A stretch of DNA of 64,000 nt from a virus (taxonomy: Duplodnaviria; Heunggongvirae; Uroviricota; Caudoviricetes), in IMG/VR virus record IMGVR_UViG_2909262264_000005; one strand, written 5' to 3'. Position 1 is the first letter of the stretch. Each line of letters opens with the position of its first letter. A model generated the notes under the pieces. It ran no database searches and was not told the origin of the DNA. It worked only from the letters and a program-made list of their open reading frames with translations. The position numbers and the translations under genes are program-made. Of this stretch, positions 22,773 through 33,193 are shown in pieces.

Positions 22773-23254
22773 CAGTCTCTCGCTTTTAAAAGTTCCGCCA
22801 GCGGATCAACATCATCCGGTCCGGCGGTATTTACTTTCGCCCGGCTTGCCGGTGACATACCAAACTCTGCAAGCATCGCCCGGATCCGCTTCCAGGCATC
22901 CGCTTTCATCGCCGCAGCCGGGTGTGCCTTAATCAGCACATCACCGTTCTGCGTTTCCGTGCGGTAGGTATAACCCTCAGCATCAAGTGTTTCGCAGTGA
23001 TGCCGGTATTCGGTGTAGGCTTCCACCAGTAACTCGAGTGCACGCGCATCAAGCTGAGAAATGATCCCTTCCGCATTCAGTTCTTCCGCCATTCGCCTGA
23101 ACCAGTACTTCCCCTGCGACCCTAAATGTTGCGGAATTTTAGGGAGACCTTTTTCATCCTTTTTAGCGGTTTTTTTTGGGTCTTTAACGGGGCGCTTTGA
23201 GGGGTTGCCTCGTATCAAATGCAGGCGTGGCGGGGTTTTCGGGGGTCCTGACAT
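22772..23254 (-). CDS. Terminase small subunit
   Basis: 160-aa basic N-terminus, immediately upstream of the large subunit. Confidence 0.7.
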   Translation of the reverse strand: MSGPPKTPPRLHLIRGNPSKRPVKDPKKTAKKDEKGLPKIPQHLGSQGKYWFRRMAEELNAEGIISQLDARALELLVEAYTEYRHHCETLDAEGYTYRTETQNGDVLIKAHPAAAMKADAWKRIRAMLAEFGMSPASRAKVNTAGPDDVDPLAELLKARD

Positions 23255-23401
23255 AATCGGTTTTACCTATCAATCATTTAATCACATTCCCAAAAAAAAG
23301 TTTTCGAACCTGCGGCGATGCGAGGAAAGGTCAGGCGGCGGTACTGAGCAGCCAGGGCTGCAGGGATTTGACCCGCCCCTCCCTACAAGTGAGAATAATT
23401 A

Positions 23402-23752
23402 TCACCTGATTCGTTCGCGCGCTGTTTTCGCTTTGTGGCAGGGCCAGCACAGACTCTGCAGGTTGCTGTCTGCGTCTGTCCCGCCATGCGCTTTCGGGAT
23501 GATGTGGTCGACGGTTTTCGCCTCGCTCACCACACCGGCACGCAGACACAACTGACACAGACCTTTATCGCGCTTCAGAATACGGGCACGAATCACCGTC
23601 CATTTTGAGCCATAGCCGCGCTGGTGGCGGCTCAGTCCGCGTTGATGCTGTGCCCATCCTTCACCACGATGTTTATCGCAGTAACCAGAACTGTCTGCGG
23701 TTGTACCTGCACATCCACGTTTACGGCATGCGCGGGGGATTCGTGATGGCAT
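23402..23752 (-). CDS. HNH endonuclease (terminase-associated)
   Basis: Motifs DHIIPKAHGG ... N ... CWPCH; HNH genes adjacent to terminase are typical of HK97-like cos phages. Confidence 0.85.
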   Translation of the reverse strand: MPSRIPRACRKRGCAGTTADSSGYCDKHRGEGWAQHQRGLSRHQRGYGSKWTVIRARILKRDKGLCQLCLRAGVVSEAKTVDHIIPKAHGGTDADSNLQSLCWPCHKAKTARERIR

Positions 23753-23762
23753 AGAACTTCAC

Positions 23763-23987
23763 TCATGAAACAGGCAACAACGTGGCTGTTACAATCTCCG
23801 CCATATTCGCGTTAAGATCACATTCAACAGAAATTTCTTCATCCGTGGCATCCACTTCATATGTCCGGGAATAACATTCCGTGCATTTACCACTGAAGAT
23901 ATCCTTAACCAGAACACGTCCACGCTGCAAAACCCTGAATGGAATCGTTCCGTTAAAGGGCTTTACGGTTACCAGTAATCTCTTCAT
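23763..23987 (-). CDS. Hypothetical protein (74 aa)
   Basis: ATG at 23987 has AGGAGG 7 nt upstream; the longer listed ORF (to 24128) lacks an RBS. Confidence 0.5.
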   Translation of the reverse strand: MKRLLVTVKPFNGTIPFRVLQRGRVLVKDIFSGKCTECYSRTYEVDATDEEISVECDLNANMAEIVTATLLPVS

Positions 23988-24160
23988 ATCCCCTCCGGAT
24001 AAAAATGCCCCTTGCCGCCCGGGCTGTTGTTCAAAGTTCATCCTGATTCGGCAAGATTCAGAATGTATAAGACAAATTGGCACACACAGCAGAATTTCAT
24101 GCTTTCCGGACGCTGGCGCATCCTTCATTTTTCAGCGAAATATTCTGCTCTTACGGGCGA

Positions 24161-24316
24161 TCAGCTCTGCAGACACTGTCGAACACCGTCGACAATTTCA
24201 CAGACCTGAGAAGCTGTATCGAAAAGCTGGCGCGCCTTATCCAGGCTGACGCATCCCACCAATAAAAAAGGCACCAGTATCGCTACCAGTGCCCATTTCG
24301 CTGCCGTTCGCGGCAT
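24161..24316 (-). CDS. Small lipoprotein downstream of endolysin (possible spanin component)
   Basis: Internal start MPRTAAKWALVAILVPFLLVGC has a lipobox (LVGC); overlaps endolysin 3' end. Confidence 0.45.
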   Translation of the reverse strand: MPRTAAKWALVAILVPFLLVGCVSLDKARQLFDTASQVCEIVDGVRQCLQS

Positions 24317-24357
24317 TCTATGTGTCCAGTGTTTTCGACTCATAACTCGCCCGGCTA

Positions 24358-24741
24358 TCAGCGTTTCAATTGGAAGTGCGGCCCGTCCTTCAGCGTTTTC
24401 CAGTCCCCGCCCCATTCGATAGCGATCCCCAGCTCTGCGGCAGCCTGCTTAAATGCCTGCGCTATTTTCTCGTACAGAGGCCAGTCCCATGACACCTGGC
24501 TGCCAATGTAGGCCACAACATCCACCGCATCACCTGTCAGGTGGCGGCTGTTCATGGTCTGGCTTTTCCCTTCCGCGACCAGCTGTTTCTGGCGATACTT
24601 ACTGCGCAGGCCTTCCGTAATACCGAAATCAACTTCCGTCAGCTCAAGGGCACGGCGAACAACAGCAACCAGTTGTGGTTTGACGCCCTCCAGATTTTTT
24701 TCACTGCGACGGCTGAATCTGAATTTACCCGGCATATTCAC
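24358..24741 (-). CDS. Endolysin, peptidase M15 family
   Basis: SRHLTGDAVDV and DGPHFQ zinc-binding motifs of VanY/M15 peptidases. Confidence 0.75.
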   Translation of the reverse strand: MNMPGKFRFSRRSEKNLEGVKPQLVAVVRRALELTEVDFGITEGLRSKYRQKQLVAEGKSQTMNSRHLTGDAVDVVAYIGSQVSWDWPLYEKIAQAFKQAAAELGIAIEWGGDWKTLKDGPHFQLKR

Positions 24742-25013
24742 CTCAACAATGGAAAGATTTTTGTGACGTTCCCGCGTGCGCGTATCACCAGCACGCAGAA
24801 CAGCAGATTAAAAAACACTTCCAGCCAGCCCGTTGCTAACGGGCGACCACACAGATAGCTGAGGGGCGCAAAGGCATACAGCAACATCAGCAGCCAGGCC
24901 AGCCATGACATCAGCGGTTTATGCCTGGAATCACGGCGACGATAAAAAAAGAGCGTCAGCACGATAACCGTGCATAACGCCACATTCAGCAATCCGGGAA
25001 GGTTACTTAACAT
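24738..25013 (-). CDS. Membrane protein of lysis cassette (holin/antiholin candidate)
   Basis: 91 aa with predicted transmembrane helices; overlaps flanking lysis genes. Confidence 0.45.
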   Translation of the reverse strand: MLSNLPGLLNVALCTVIVLTLFFYRRRDSRHKPLMSWLAWLLMLLYAFAPLSYLCGRPLATGWLEVFFNLLFCVLVIRARGNVTKIFPLLR

Positions 25014-25395
25014 TGCCGCCTCCTCCGCCCCGCAGGCGCGAGAACAGGCCGGACACCAGTGATGCGATATCCTGCTGGTGGATGAACGACAGAATCTTCA
25101 CCGACACCACCGCCACCAGCACCGCACACAGTGCATCCGCAGATGTACCGTCATAACCTGTTTTTGATGCAATCCAGGCTGACAGTACACGCGCCCCCAG
25201 TACACCAACAATGAACGACACCAGAAAATGTGCCGCCACACGCCAGGCTGAAATCTTCTGCGGCATCGTTGCCACAAACAACGCCCCGGCGAACGCACCA
25301 AACACAATCCCGAAATCCGTTCCGGTAAACAGCCCGAATACCGTCGCCCCGCCGAGCGCCGCAGCCGTGCCGGAACCGGATAAGGGTTCAGACAT
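25003..25395 (-). CDS. Putative holin
   Basis: Gly/Ala-rich transmembrane segments; start set at the MSEPLSGSG ATG; first gene of lysis cluster. Confidence 0.5.
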   Translation of the reverse strand: MSEPLSGSGTAAALGGATVFGLFTGTDFGIVFGAFAGALFVATMPQKISAWRVAAHFLVSFIVGVLGARVLSAWIASKTGYDGTSADALCAVLVAVVSVKILSFIHQQDIASLVSGLFSRLRGGGGGNVK

Positions 25396-25631
25396 ACTTT
25401 TTCTCCTGTAAATAAAAAAGGGCCACCAGCGGCCCATAAAAACACCCCATCAAAGGCACCCGCAGATGCCTTTTGTGTGGTGTTATTCAGATTTACGCAG
25501 TAAAGGCCGGAGCACGACCAGCGCCATCGCCACCAGCACACCATCTGCCAGCACCGACATCAGCCGTCCGGTGAAATCCACCGCCACTACCAGAAACAGC
25601 AGGATAGCAGCCAGCACAAGGCGCGCACTTT

Positions 25632-26057
25632 TCACAGGTACTGCTCCAGCGGCAACTGCAGCGCCTGAGCAATTTTCTTGAGCTGTGCTTCTTCATCCGG
25701 ACCAATGCCATCCTGGTCAGCGATATCCAGACACAGGCACAGCACATTAACTGCATCATCAGTACCGGCAACATCAGCCAGCTGACGAAGAGCTTCGGCA
25801 TTGGCAGAACGCGGCGACGCTTCATAACGGGCGCGGATATTTGCACTCATTTGTGCAATCTCACCGGAGAACGGCGCAAAAGCAGGAAGTGCTGCAATGG
25901 TTTTCTCCAGCACCGCGATTTCTTTCGCATCACAGGTGCCGTCGGCGAATGCGATGGAATACGCACCCCAGACGGTCGCCTCCACTGCGTCGCGGTTCTC
26001 CATTTTCTTTACTTCAGTAATGGCCTTGCGGGTTTTCTTTTTGAAAATACCAAACAT
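25632..26057 (-). CDS. TerB-like (tellurite-resistance TerB domain) protein
   Basis: 141 aa with paired acidic motifs ADGTCDAKEIAVLE and IADQDGIGPDEEAQL characteristic of the TerB fold. Confidence 0.6.
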   Translation of the reverse strand: MFGIFKKKTRKAITEVKKMENRDAVEATVWGAYSIAFADGTCDAKEIAVLEKTIAALPAFAPFSGEIAQMSANIRARYEASPRSANAEALRQLADVAGTDDAVNVLCLCLDIADQDGIGPDEEAQLKKIAQALQLPLEQYL

Positions 26058-26740
26058 CGTGACTTTTCCTTTTAGTGGGTGAGCCTGCGCCCGGGGGTGA
26101 CCAGCCCACAGAGAAAGTCACACTGACCATCCCGTAAGCTCACCCCTGAAAGGCTCTGTGGTTTTTGATGTGCGCCGGGCGTGGCGCAAAGAAATGAAAT
26201 AAGACTTACCTGAAATTAAGGTTAATCTGAGGATTTAAACCATTTTTAAAGCTTAGTAATATCAACTCGTCTCCTGAAGGAGACAGATACTTATGATTCT
26301 TCATGGACTTTGTCCCGCGGCGTTAATCCGACGGCCGCGCTTTTTTTGCGCCATATTCATCGCTAACTTACATGACATGGCATTGCCACACGGGCATTAT
26401 CAGTGTCCGTGTTTCTTTTTTTAGGATTCAGAATAAAAAAACCGCCCGGTGGAGGCGGTAAAGGATGTATATCCAGGTTTTGCTTAGTATATGATTAATC
26501 TCAATGTCATTTTTAGCGATGTTTACAACATCGGGATGGCACATCACCGACCCTGTCAGGAAATACAAAATCTCCACCGACAATGCGCCATTCCGATGTT
26601 ATAAAAAAATCAGCACTGATACCGTAATAAATAACATTCATTACAGGACGGGATGTAGTAAGGAGTCAGGGTAAAACAAAAACATCCCACACATATAATG
26701 TGTCAGTGCCTAACACAACCTAGCATCTATTGTCCTCTGC

Positions 26741-26815
<75 letters not shown>

Positions 26816-27837
26816 ATACTGTACTGGCTTCCGGAATCACACGAATTACCAGGAAAGCCAGCACTGGTCCTTCAGACGATAGTAACGCCCCTGTGAACAC
26901 AAAAATAACCGTCTTCCGGACCAGTCAGAATACTAACGACAGTTTTTCAGACATCAAAAATATATTTGGTGTTCAGTTTTAAATATGTGTATACATATGT
27001 ATCAGAAATATACAACTTATATCATCACTGAATTAAAAATCTTTCGTTATTTCTCTGACCGTCTGATTAAAACGTTCCTCTTCCAGTTCCACGCCAATCG
27101 CCCTGCGTCCCAGCGACAGTGCCGCTTTTATTGTCGACCCCGACCCCATAAAAAAATCAGCAACCAAATCTCCCGGATGGCTGCTGGCGGTAATTATCTG
27201 ACGCAACATATCCGCCGGTTTCTCACAGGGATGTTTGCCGGGGTAATACTGCACAGGCCTGTGCGTCCAGACATCCGTATACGGAACAGCTGCCGATACG
27301 GAAAAATAACGCCGCAGGGATTTGTACTCTTCCAGCAGGCTGGCGTATTGACGGTTCAGTTCACTGTATGTGCTGACCAGCTGGTGGTGTGGCTTTTCCA
27401 GTTCCCCGCGCTGATGCTTTTCTGCTGCAACACGCGCAAACAATGCCTGCAGTTTTCTGTAATCAGCTTCGTTCGGTAACTGCCACTGACTGGCACCAAA
27501 CCAGTGCGAAGCCATATTTTTCTTTCCGGTGGCTTCCGCTATCTGTTTTGACGTTATTCCCAGTGATTCACGCGCATCACGAAAGTAAGAAATCAGCGGG
27601 GCCATGACGTGCTGTTTTAGCTCGCGCCCCTTTGCTGCAAAATGGCATCTAAATCGATCACGGTTTGGCATTCGAATCGATCATGATTTGGCATCCATCT
27701 CCGATCACAGTTTGGCATCACAATCGATCACGATTTGGCATGCTTCCGATCATTGATTGGCATCCTGCCAGTCACTCCGGGAATTAACTCTTTTCACCAC
27801 AGTCTTCATTGCCGTGTTTAAACCAGTGGAGACGGCA

Positions 27838-29403
27838 ATGTCCAGAAAGAGAAAATCCAGGAGCACTATGGAAACCTGTTTTAAGATCCTTCAGCTCAAG
27901 TTCGACCAGAAGCTGACTAACCGTTGTATCGGACTGACGTTACACATCAGCGCCTCAACCGTTTTTGAGGTTCTTGCACGCTTCAAAGCCTCTTCTCTGT
28001 CATGGCCATTACCTGCTGATATATCCCATGACACGCTGGAGAAACTCATTTACCCGCCCAAAGACACCTCTGCGTCAGAGCTTGTTATGCCTGACATGCT
28101 GTACTTCGATACGGAAATGAGAAAACCGGGCGTGACGCGCCAGCTGTTGTGGATGGAATACAAGGCACAGGCGAGTGACAAAGCGATGGGATACTCGCAC
28201 TTCTGCCGTTGCTACCGGGAGTGGAAAAAAACGCGACGCCTCTCCATGCGCCAGGAGCATCGTGCCGGCGAAAAGCTCTTTATCGACTTCTGCGGTCCTA
28301 CGGTTCCTGTTATTAATCCGGACACCGGAGAGATACGCCGCGTGGCAATCTTCGTGGCCGTGATGGGGGCATCCAACTATACCTACGTTGAAGCGTGCGA
28401 AGGTCAGGACATGATGTCATGGTTAAATGCCCACAGCCGTTGCCTGACCTTCCTGGGCGGCGTGCCGAAGCTGCTCATCCCCGATAATCTCAAAAGTGCA
28501 GTCAAAAAAGCCGATCGCTATGAGCCTGTCATCAACGACAGTTATCAGGCGCTGGCTGAGCACTATGGCACGGTTATTATCCCGGCCCGCCCGCGCAAAC
28601 CTAAAGATAAACCAAAAGCAGAAAACGGCGTCCTCATCGTCGAACGATGGCTTCTTGCCCGCATCCGTAATGAAACCTTCCACACGCTCAGGGCGCTGAA
28701 TGCGCGCCTTCGGGAGTTACTGACGGACATGAATAACCGGCCAATGAAGGGGTACGGCAATCAAACCCGTGCAGAACGCTTCCGCATGCTGGATGCGCCA
28801 GCACTCTCTCCGCTGCCTCTGGCACCTTATGAATACACGGAATACAAAGCCGTGAAGGTTGGCCCTGACTATCACGTTGAATATGCCCGTCACTGGTACT
28901 CCGTTCCACACGAACTGGTCGGTCAGCGTCTGTCACTGAAGGCGGGGCAGTCTGTGGTACAACTCTGGCACAAGGGGCAGTGTGTGGCGCAACATCCGCG
29001 CAGCACACATGAATATAAACACACAACCAATCCGCTTCACATGCCAGAGCGCCACCGGCAGCACGGGACATGGACACCGGAACGCCTGATCGAGCAGGGG
29101 AAACGTACGGGCCCGTCCACAGGCCGGGTGGTTGAATCCATGCTGAAGGCAAAACCCCATCCGGAACTGGCTTATCGTGCAGTTCTGGGGCTGCTGGCAC
29201 TTCAGAAAAAATACGGCCCGGAACGACTGGAAAAGGCCTGTTACGTTGCCCTGCACTATAACGCCCCTGACAGACGCTTTATCGACAATCTGCTGCGTCA
29301 CCATCGGGAGAACCTGGAGCTTCCATTATCCCGCCAGGGCGAACAACATCCGACATATGCTTCAGAGCATGAAAACCTGCGTGGTCCGGGCTACTACCAC
29401 TGA
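27838..29403 (+). CDS. istA: IS21-family transposase IstA
   Basis: N-terminal HTH then DDE-type core; GGAG RBS before ATG 27838 (listed ORF starts at 27757). Confidence 0.85.
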   Translation: MSRKRKSRSTMETCFKILQLKFDQKLTNRCIGLTLHISASTVFEVLARFKASSLSWPLPADISHDTLEKLIYPPKDTSASELVMPDMLYFDTEMRKPGVTRQLLWMEYKAQASDKAMGYSHFCRCYREWKKTRRLSMRQEHRAGEKLFIDFCGPTVPVINPDTGEIRRVAIFVAVMGASNYTYVEACEGQDMMSWLNAHSRCLTFLGGVPKLLIPDNLKSAVKKADRYEPVINDSYQALAEHYGTVIIPARPRKPKDKPKAENGVLIVERWLLARIRNETFHTLRALNARLRELLTDMNNRPMKGYGNQTRAERFRMLDAPALSPLPLAPYEYTEYKAVKVGPDYHVEYARHWYSVPHELVGQRLSLKAGQSVVQLWHKGQCVAQHPRSTHEYKHTTNPLHMPERHRQHGTWTPERLIEQGKRTGPSTGRVVESMLKAKPHPELAYRAVLGLLALQKKYGPERLEKACYVALHYNAPDRRFIDNLLRHHRENLELPLSRQGEQHPTYASEHENLRGPGYYH

Positions 29404-29419
29404 CAGAAGGAACAACAGT

Positions 29420-30175
29420 ATGAGTGATAACCTGTTAAACAAACTGACCCAACTGAAACTCCCGGCGATGGCCGGGAGCCTGATACGGCAGCGGGAAACG
29501 CCTCAGACCTACGACGAACTGTCGTTCGAGGAAAGGCTGACGCTGCTGGTTGATGACGAGCTTCTGAGCAGGGAAAACAGCCGTGTGGCACGGTTGAGAA
29601 AAAATGCCGGCCTGAAATACCAGGCAACACCGGAAGGGCTGCGCTATCCGGCCTCAAGAGGTCTGCGGGCTGAACAGATGAGAGAACTGCTGAACGGTCA
29701 CTACATAACCCACAGGAAAAACCTGCTGATAACCGGTCCGACAGGATGTGGCAAGAGCTGGATAGCCAATGCGCTGGGCGAACAGGCATGTCGACAGAAA
29801 CACAGCGTCCGGTACTGTAGAACCGGGCGATTACTGGAACAGCTGGCTCAGGGACGTGTTGATGGCAGCTGGCTGAAATATCTGAAACAGTTGCAAAAAA
29901 TACAGGTTCTAATCCTGGACGATCTGGGGCTGGAACAGTTAAGTAACGCCCAGTGTAATGACCTTCTGGAGCTCATAGAGGATCGTTACGGACAAAGCAG
30001 CACGATAGTGGTAAGCCAGTTCCCGGTAGATAAATGGCATGGTCTGATGGAAAACCCAACAACAGCAGATGCCATCCTGGACAGACTGGTACATAACTCA
30101 CACAGAGTGGTCCTTCAGGGAGAGTCCCTGAGGAAAAATCCCCCGACAGTGGAAAGCAGCGAAAAAACGAGTTAA
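29420..30175 (+). CDS. istB: IS21-family helper ATPase IstB
   Basis: Walker A GPTGCGKS and Walker B LILDDLG; start at the MSDNLLNKL ATG. Confidence 0.9.
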   Translation: MSDNLLNKLTQLKLPAMAGSLIRQRETPQTYDELSFEERLTLLVDDELLSRENSRVARLRKNAGLKYQATPEGLRYPASRGLRAEQMRELLNGHYITHRKNLLITGPTGCGKSWIANALGEQACRQKHSVRYCRTGRLLEQLAQGRVDGSWLKYLKQLQKIQVLILDDLGLEQLSNAQCNDLLELIEDRYGQSSTIVVSQFPVDKWHGLMENPTTADAILDRLVHNSHRVVLQGESLRKNPPTVESSEKTS

Positions 30176-30873
30176 AAAGCGATAGAAAAAGTTAAGTTCC
30201 CGGTTGATCGAATGTATGCGAATCGCTGATCGGACTTCGATGCCAATCCGTGATCGAATAGAGCGGAATACGCATTTGCCGCATAGCCGTCATTTTTGGG
30301 CTGGTATGGCCCCTGATAATGTTCGGCAAACAGAATGCGCTCTGTTGCCGGGAAATACGCCCGCAGGCTTTCCTTGTTGCATCCGTTCCAGCGTCCGGAC
30401 GGCTTCGCCCAGATAATGTGATTCAGCACATTAAAGCGTTCACGCATCATGATTTCGATATCAGATGCCAGGCGATGACCACAGAACAGGTAAAGACTTC
30501 CGGCAGGCTTCAGTACCCGCCAGAATTGCGCCAGACACTGGTCCAGCCATTTCAGGTAATCATCATCGCCCTTCCACTGGTTATCCCAGCCCTCGGGCTT
30601 CACTTTAAAGTATGGCGGGTCTGTGACTATCAGATCGACAGAATTTTCCGGTAAGGTCTGGATAAATTCCAGGCAATCAGCGTTGATTAACTCACAACTG
30701 GATATTTTTACAGTATTGGCCATAGATCAATAAGCACTTCTCTGATAGGCTCATACCGCTTTTGCGCAAAGCAGATGGGCCTGAGGTTTGCTTGTGACCC
30801 CAACGCATGAGCAGATGGCTGGCAGGTGCCGCTAACACCCACCAGCCGCCCATTACCACAAATTAAAAAGCCT

Positions 30874-31071
30874 TCACTGCGGAAGGCGTCTGTAACAACC
30901 GAACTGATAATCTGCCAGACCCGCCATAACAAGCTGAGTCAGTATTAACTGGCAGCGTTCGCGTGAAAGGTACGTATTCTGCGCAATTTCCCCGACGGTC
31001 GCCGGTTCGGTGACGCTTAATTCATTAAATACCACTCTGGCGGTTTCGGTCATATCCTGCTGTTTTAGCAT
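30874..31071 (-). CDS. Small putative winged-helix DNA-binding protein
   Basis: 65-aa ORF with HTH-like segment TVGEIAQNTYLSRERCQLILTQL; AAGGGA RBS; own terminator hairpin just downstream on the minus strand. Confidence 0.45.
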   Translation of the reverse strand: MLKQQDMTETARVVFNELSVTEPATVGEIAQNTYLSRERCQLILTQLVMAGLADYQFGCYRRLPQ

Positions 31072-31522
31072 GTCTTTTCCCTTTTCCGGTTAACGTGACA
31101 TACCAATAACTCTTGTCGAAAAAGCCAGCAAGCTGAAAGACCAGTATTCGCAACCACCAGCGCGTTTAACGTACTGCGCCGCTTTTCGGGCATAAAAAAC
31201 CCCGTTTGGCGGCTGGTTTAAGCTGTGCGGCAAAGTGACCACTCTTAACATCATATTTAAATTTTTACGTACGTAAACCAGCACGCAAAAAATTTACATT
31301 ATAAAATACAAAAACAATAACTTTTCATTACATTTCAGAAGCGCATCTCTCATTACAAAAACATCGTCAATAATTACCAGTACGCATAAACGAGATCTTG
31401 ATCACACTTTGAACCATTAAATAAACTCCATATCTTGAAATAGCCATACCGATTAGATGTATATTTAGGCCGCAGTGACAATATTTTTTAATAATAGTTC
31501 CGAAAAGGACTAAGGATTCACG

Positions 31523-32620
31523 ATGAAAAAATTAACAGTGGCAATCTCTGCTGTAGCTGCGTCAGTATTAATGGCGATGTCTGCTCAAGCAGCAGAGATT
31601 TATAACAAAGACAGCAACAAACTGGATCTGTACGGAAAAGTTAATGCCGAGCACTACTTCTCCTCTAACGATAAACACGATGGTGACAAAACTTATGCTC
31701 GTCTGGGCTTCAAAGGCGAAACCCAAATCAATGATCAACTGACTGGTTTCGGTCAGTGGGAATATGAATTCAAAGGCAACCGTGCTGAATCTCAAGGTTC
31801 TTCCGGGGATAAAACTCGCCTTGCATTCGCTGGCCTGAAATTCGGTGACTACGGCTCCATCGATTATGGCCGTAACTACGGTGTAGCATACGACATCGGT
31901 GCGTGGACTAACGTTTTGCCAGAATTCGGTGGTGATACTTGGACTCAAACCGACGTATTCATGACTCAGCGTGCAACTGGTGTTGCAACTTACCGTAATA
32001 ACGACTTCTTCGGTCTGGTTGATGGTCTGAACTTTGCTGCTCAGTACCAAGGCAAAAACGATCGTAGCGATCTCGATAACTATACCGAAGGTAACGGTGA
32101 TGGCTTCGGTTTCTCTGCTACCTATGAATACGAAGGATTCGGTATTGGTGCAACTTATGCGAAATCTGACCGTACCGACACTCAAGTTAATCTAGGGAAA
32201 GTTCTTCCTGGAGTATTTGCTTCCGGTAAAAATGCAGAAGTTTGGGCCGCAGGTCTGAAATATGACGCTAACAACATTTACCTGGCCACTACCTATTCTG
32301 AAACCCAGAATATGACTGTATTTGCTGATCACTTCGTTGCTAATAAAGCCCAAAACTTCGAAGCTGTTGCACAATATCAGTTCGATTTCGGTCTGCGTCC
32401 GTCCGTGGCTTACCTGCAATCTAAAGGTAAAGATCTCGGAGTATGGGGCGATCAAGACTTAGTTAAATATGTTGATGTAGGCGCAACCTATTACTTCAAC
32501 AAAAATATGTCTACTTTCGTTGATTACAAAATCAACCTGCTTGACAAAAATGATTTCACCAGAGGTCTTGATATAAACACCGACGATATTGTTGCTGTCG
32601 GTATGGTTTACCAGTTCTAA
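31523..32620 (+). CDS. nmpC: Prophage-encoded general porin, OmpC family (NmpC/Lc type)
   Basis: 365 aa with signal peptide; recognised as near-identical to DLP12 NmpC / phage PA-2 Lc; C-terminal ...[11 protein letters not shown]...VYQF; opposite in orientation to the late operon. Confidence 0.85.
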   Translation: MKKLTVAISAVAASVLMAMSAQAAEIYNKDSNKLDLYGKVNAEHYFSSNDKHDGDKTYARLGFKGETQINDQLTGFGQWEYEFKGNRAESQGSSGDKTRLAFAGLKFGDYGSIDYGRNYGVAYDIGAWTNVLPEFGGDTWTQTDVFMTQRATGVATYRNNDFFGLVDGLNFAAQYQGKNDRSDLDNYTEGNGDGFGFSATYEYEGFGIGATYAKSDRTDTQVNLGKVLPGVFASGKNAEVWAAGLKYDANNIYLATTYSETQNMTVFADHFVANKAQNFEAVAQYQFDFGLRPSVAYLQSKGKDLGVWGDQDLVKYVDVGATYYFNKNMSTFVDYKINLLDKNDFTRGLDINTDDIVAVGMVYQF

Positions 32621-32642
32621 ATCTTTTTATTAAAAAAGATAT

Positions 32643-32786
32643 GTTGCGGGAGATATTTATCTCCCACAACATGTGGGTGACGCCCTCACGTCACTGCATT
32701 AAGAAAGACATTTTGTCTTTTCTTTTTAACCTTCTGTTATTTATTACTCTAAACTCTTGGGGGCGTTTTTGCGTCCCCTTTTTTAT
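32643..32786 (+). ncRNA. Structured 3' region downstream of porin (IpeX-like sRNA candidate)
   Basis: Hairpins at 32643-32670 and 32677-32694 plus a terminator-like hairpin with U-run at 32759-32786. Confidence 0.35.
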
Positions 32787-32809
32787 TCAATTTTACCAGC
32801 AAACGTTAA

Positions 32810-33193
32810 TCAATAACATCTAACAACTTCAAGATCCATCTCGAGACGAACATCCAGTGCCATCAACATTCCGTCGACTATTCCTTCAGCCTTCTGAAGT
32901 TTTTTTCCTATATATCCATCAGAACAATGATGCTTACGGGCCAGTGCCATAAACGTCATACCAGCCACATAATAATCTACCAGCAAATCATGCAAATCAC
33001 TGTTGTTCTTTTTCAAACGAGCCATGCATCCGCAAATGATCATTGCGTCATCATCACTACATTGCGGTCGCGATTTAACCTTTGAAGGAATAAGTCCCTT
33101 GAATCCGGCTGCAATCGATGACCAGGTGACATCCTCATGATTATTTGCCACCCATGCCCCCCAACGCTCAAGAACCATCTGAATATCACGCAT
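32810..33193 (-). CDS. Late-gene antiterminator Q (QuuD/YbcQ-like)
   Basis: 127 aa [31 protein letters not shown]... recognised as DLP12 Q homologue; sits between replication genes and late region. Confidence 0.8.
   Translation of the reverse strand: MRDIQMVLERWGAWVANNHEDVTWSSIAAGFKGLIPSKVKSRPQCSDDDAMIICGCMARLKKNNSDLHDLLVDYYVAGMTFMALARKHHCSDGYIGKKLQKAEGIVDGMLMALDVRLEMDLEVVRCY

Larger units (their letters stand above)
27636..30274 (+). mobile_element. IS21-family insertion sequence (2639 bp)
   Basis: istA/istB gene pair; multiple terminal repeats of cgatcacgRtttggcat at the left end and the inverted copy at the right end; flanked by 5-bp direct repeat tttgc (27631-27635 and 30275-30279). Confidence 0.85.
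27033..30723 (-). pseudogene. Beta-class (DPPY) DNA methyltransferase disrupted by IS21-family insertion
   Basis: N-terminal fragment 30280-30723 (DPPY motif) and C-terminal fragment 27033-27635 (FMGSGST motif); removing the IS and one target repeat restores an in-frame 348-codon gene (...KNDGYAAKGRELKQHVM...). Confidence 0.8.

Noticed and set aside
23988-24128. 5' extension of the 121-aa ORF 23763-24128
   Set aside because: The internal ATG at 23987 has an AGGAGG RBS and the extension does not; the shorter 74-aa gene is preferred.
27033-27671. Listed ORF start MPNRDRFRCHFAAKG... for the methyltransferase C-terminal fragment (and the tail ...NAYSALFDHGLASKSDQRFAYIRSTGNLTFSIAF of the N-terminal fragment at 30172-30279)
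   Set aside because: These residues are read from IS21 terminal sequence, not from the methyltransferase; the true gene is a single reading frame interrupted at the tttgc target site.
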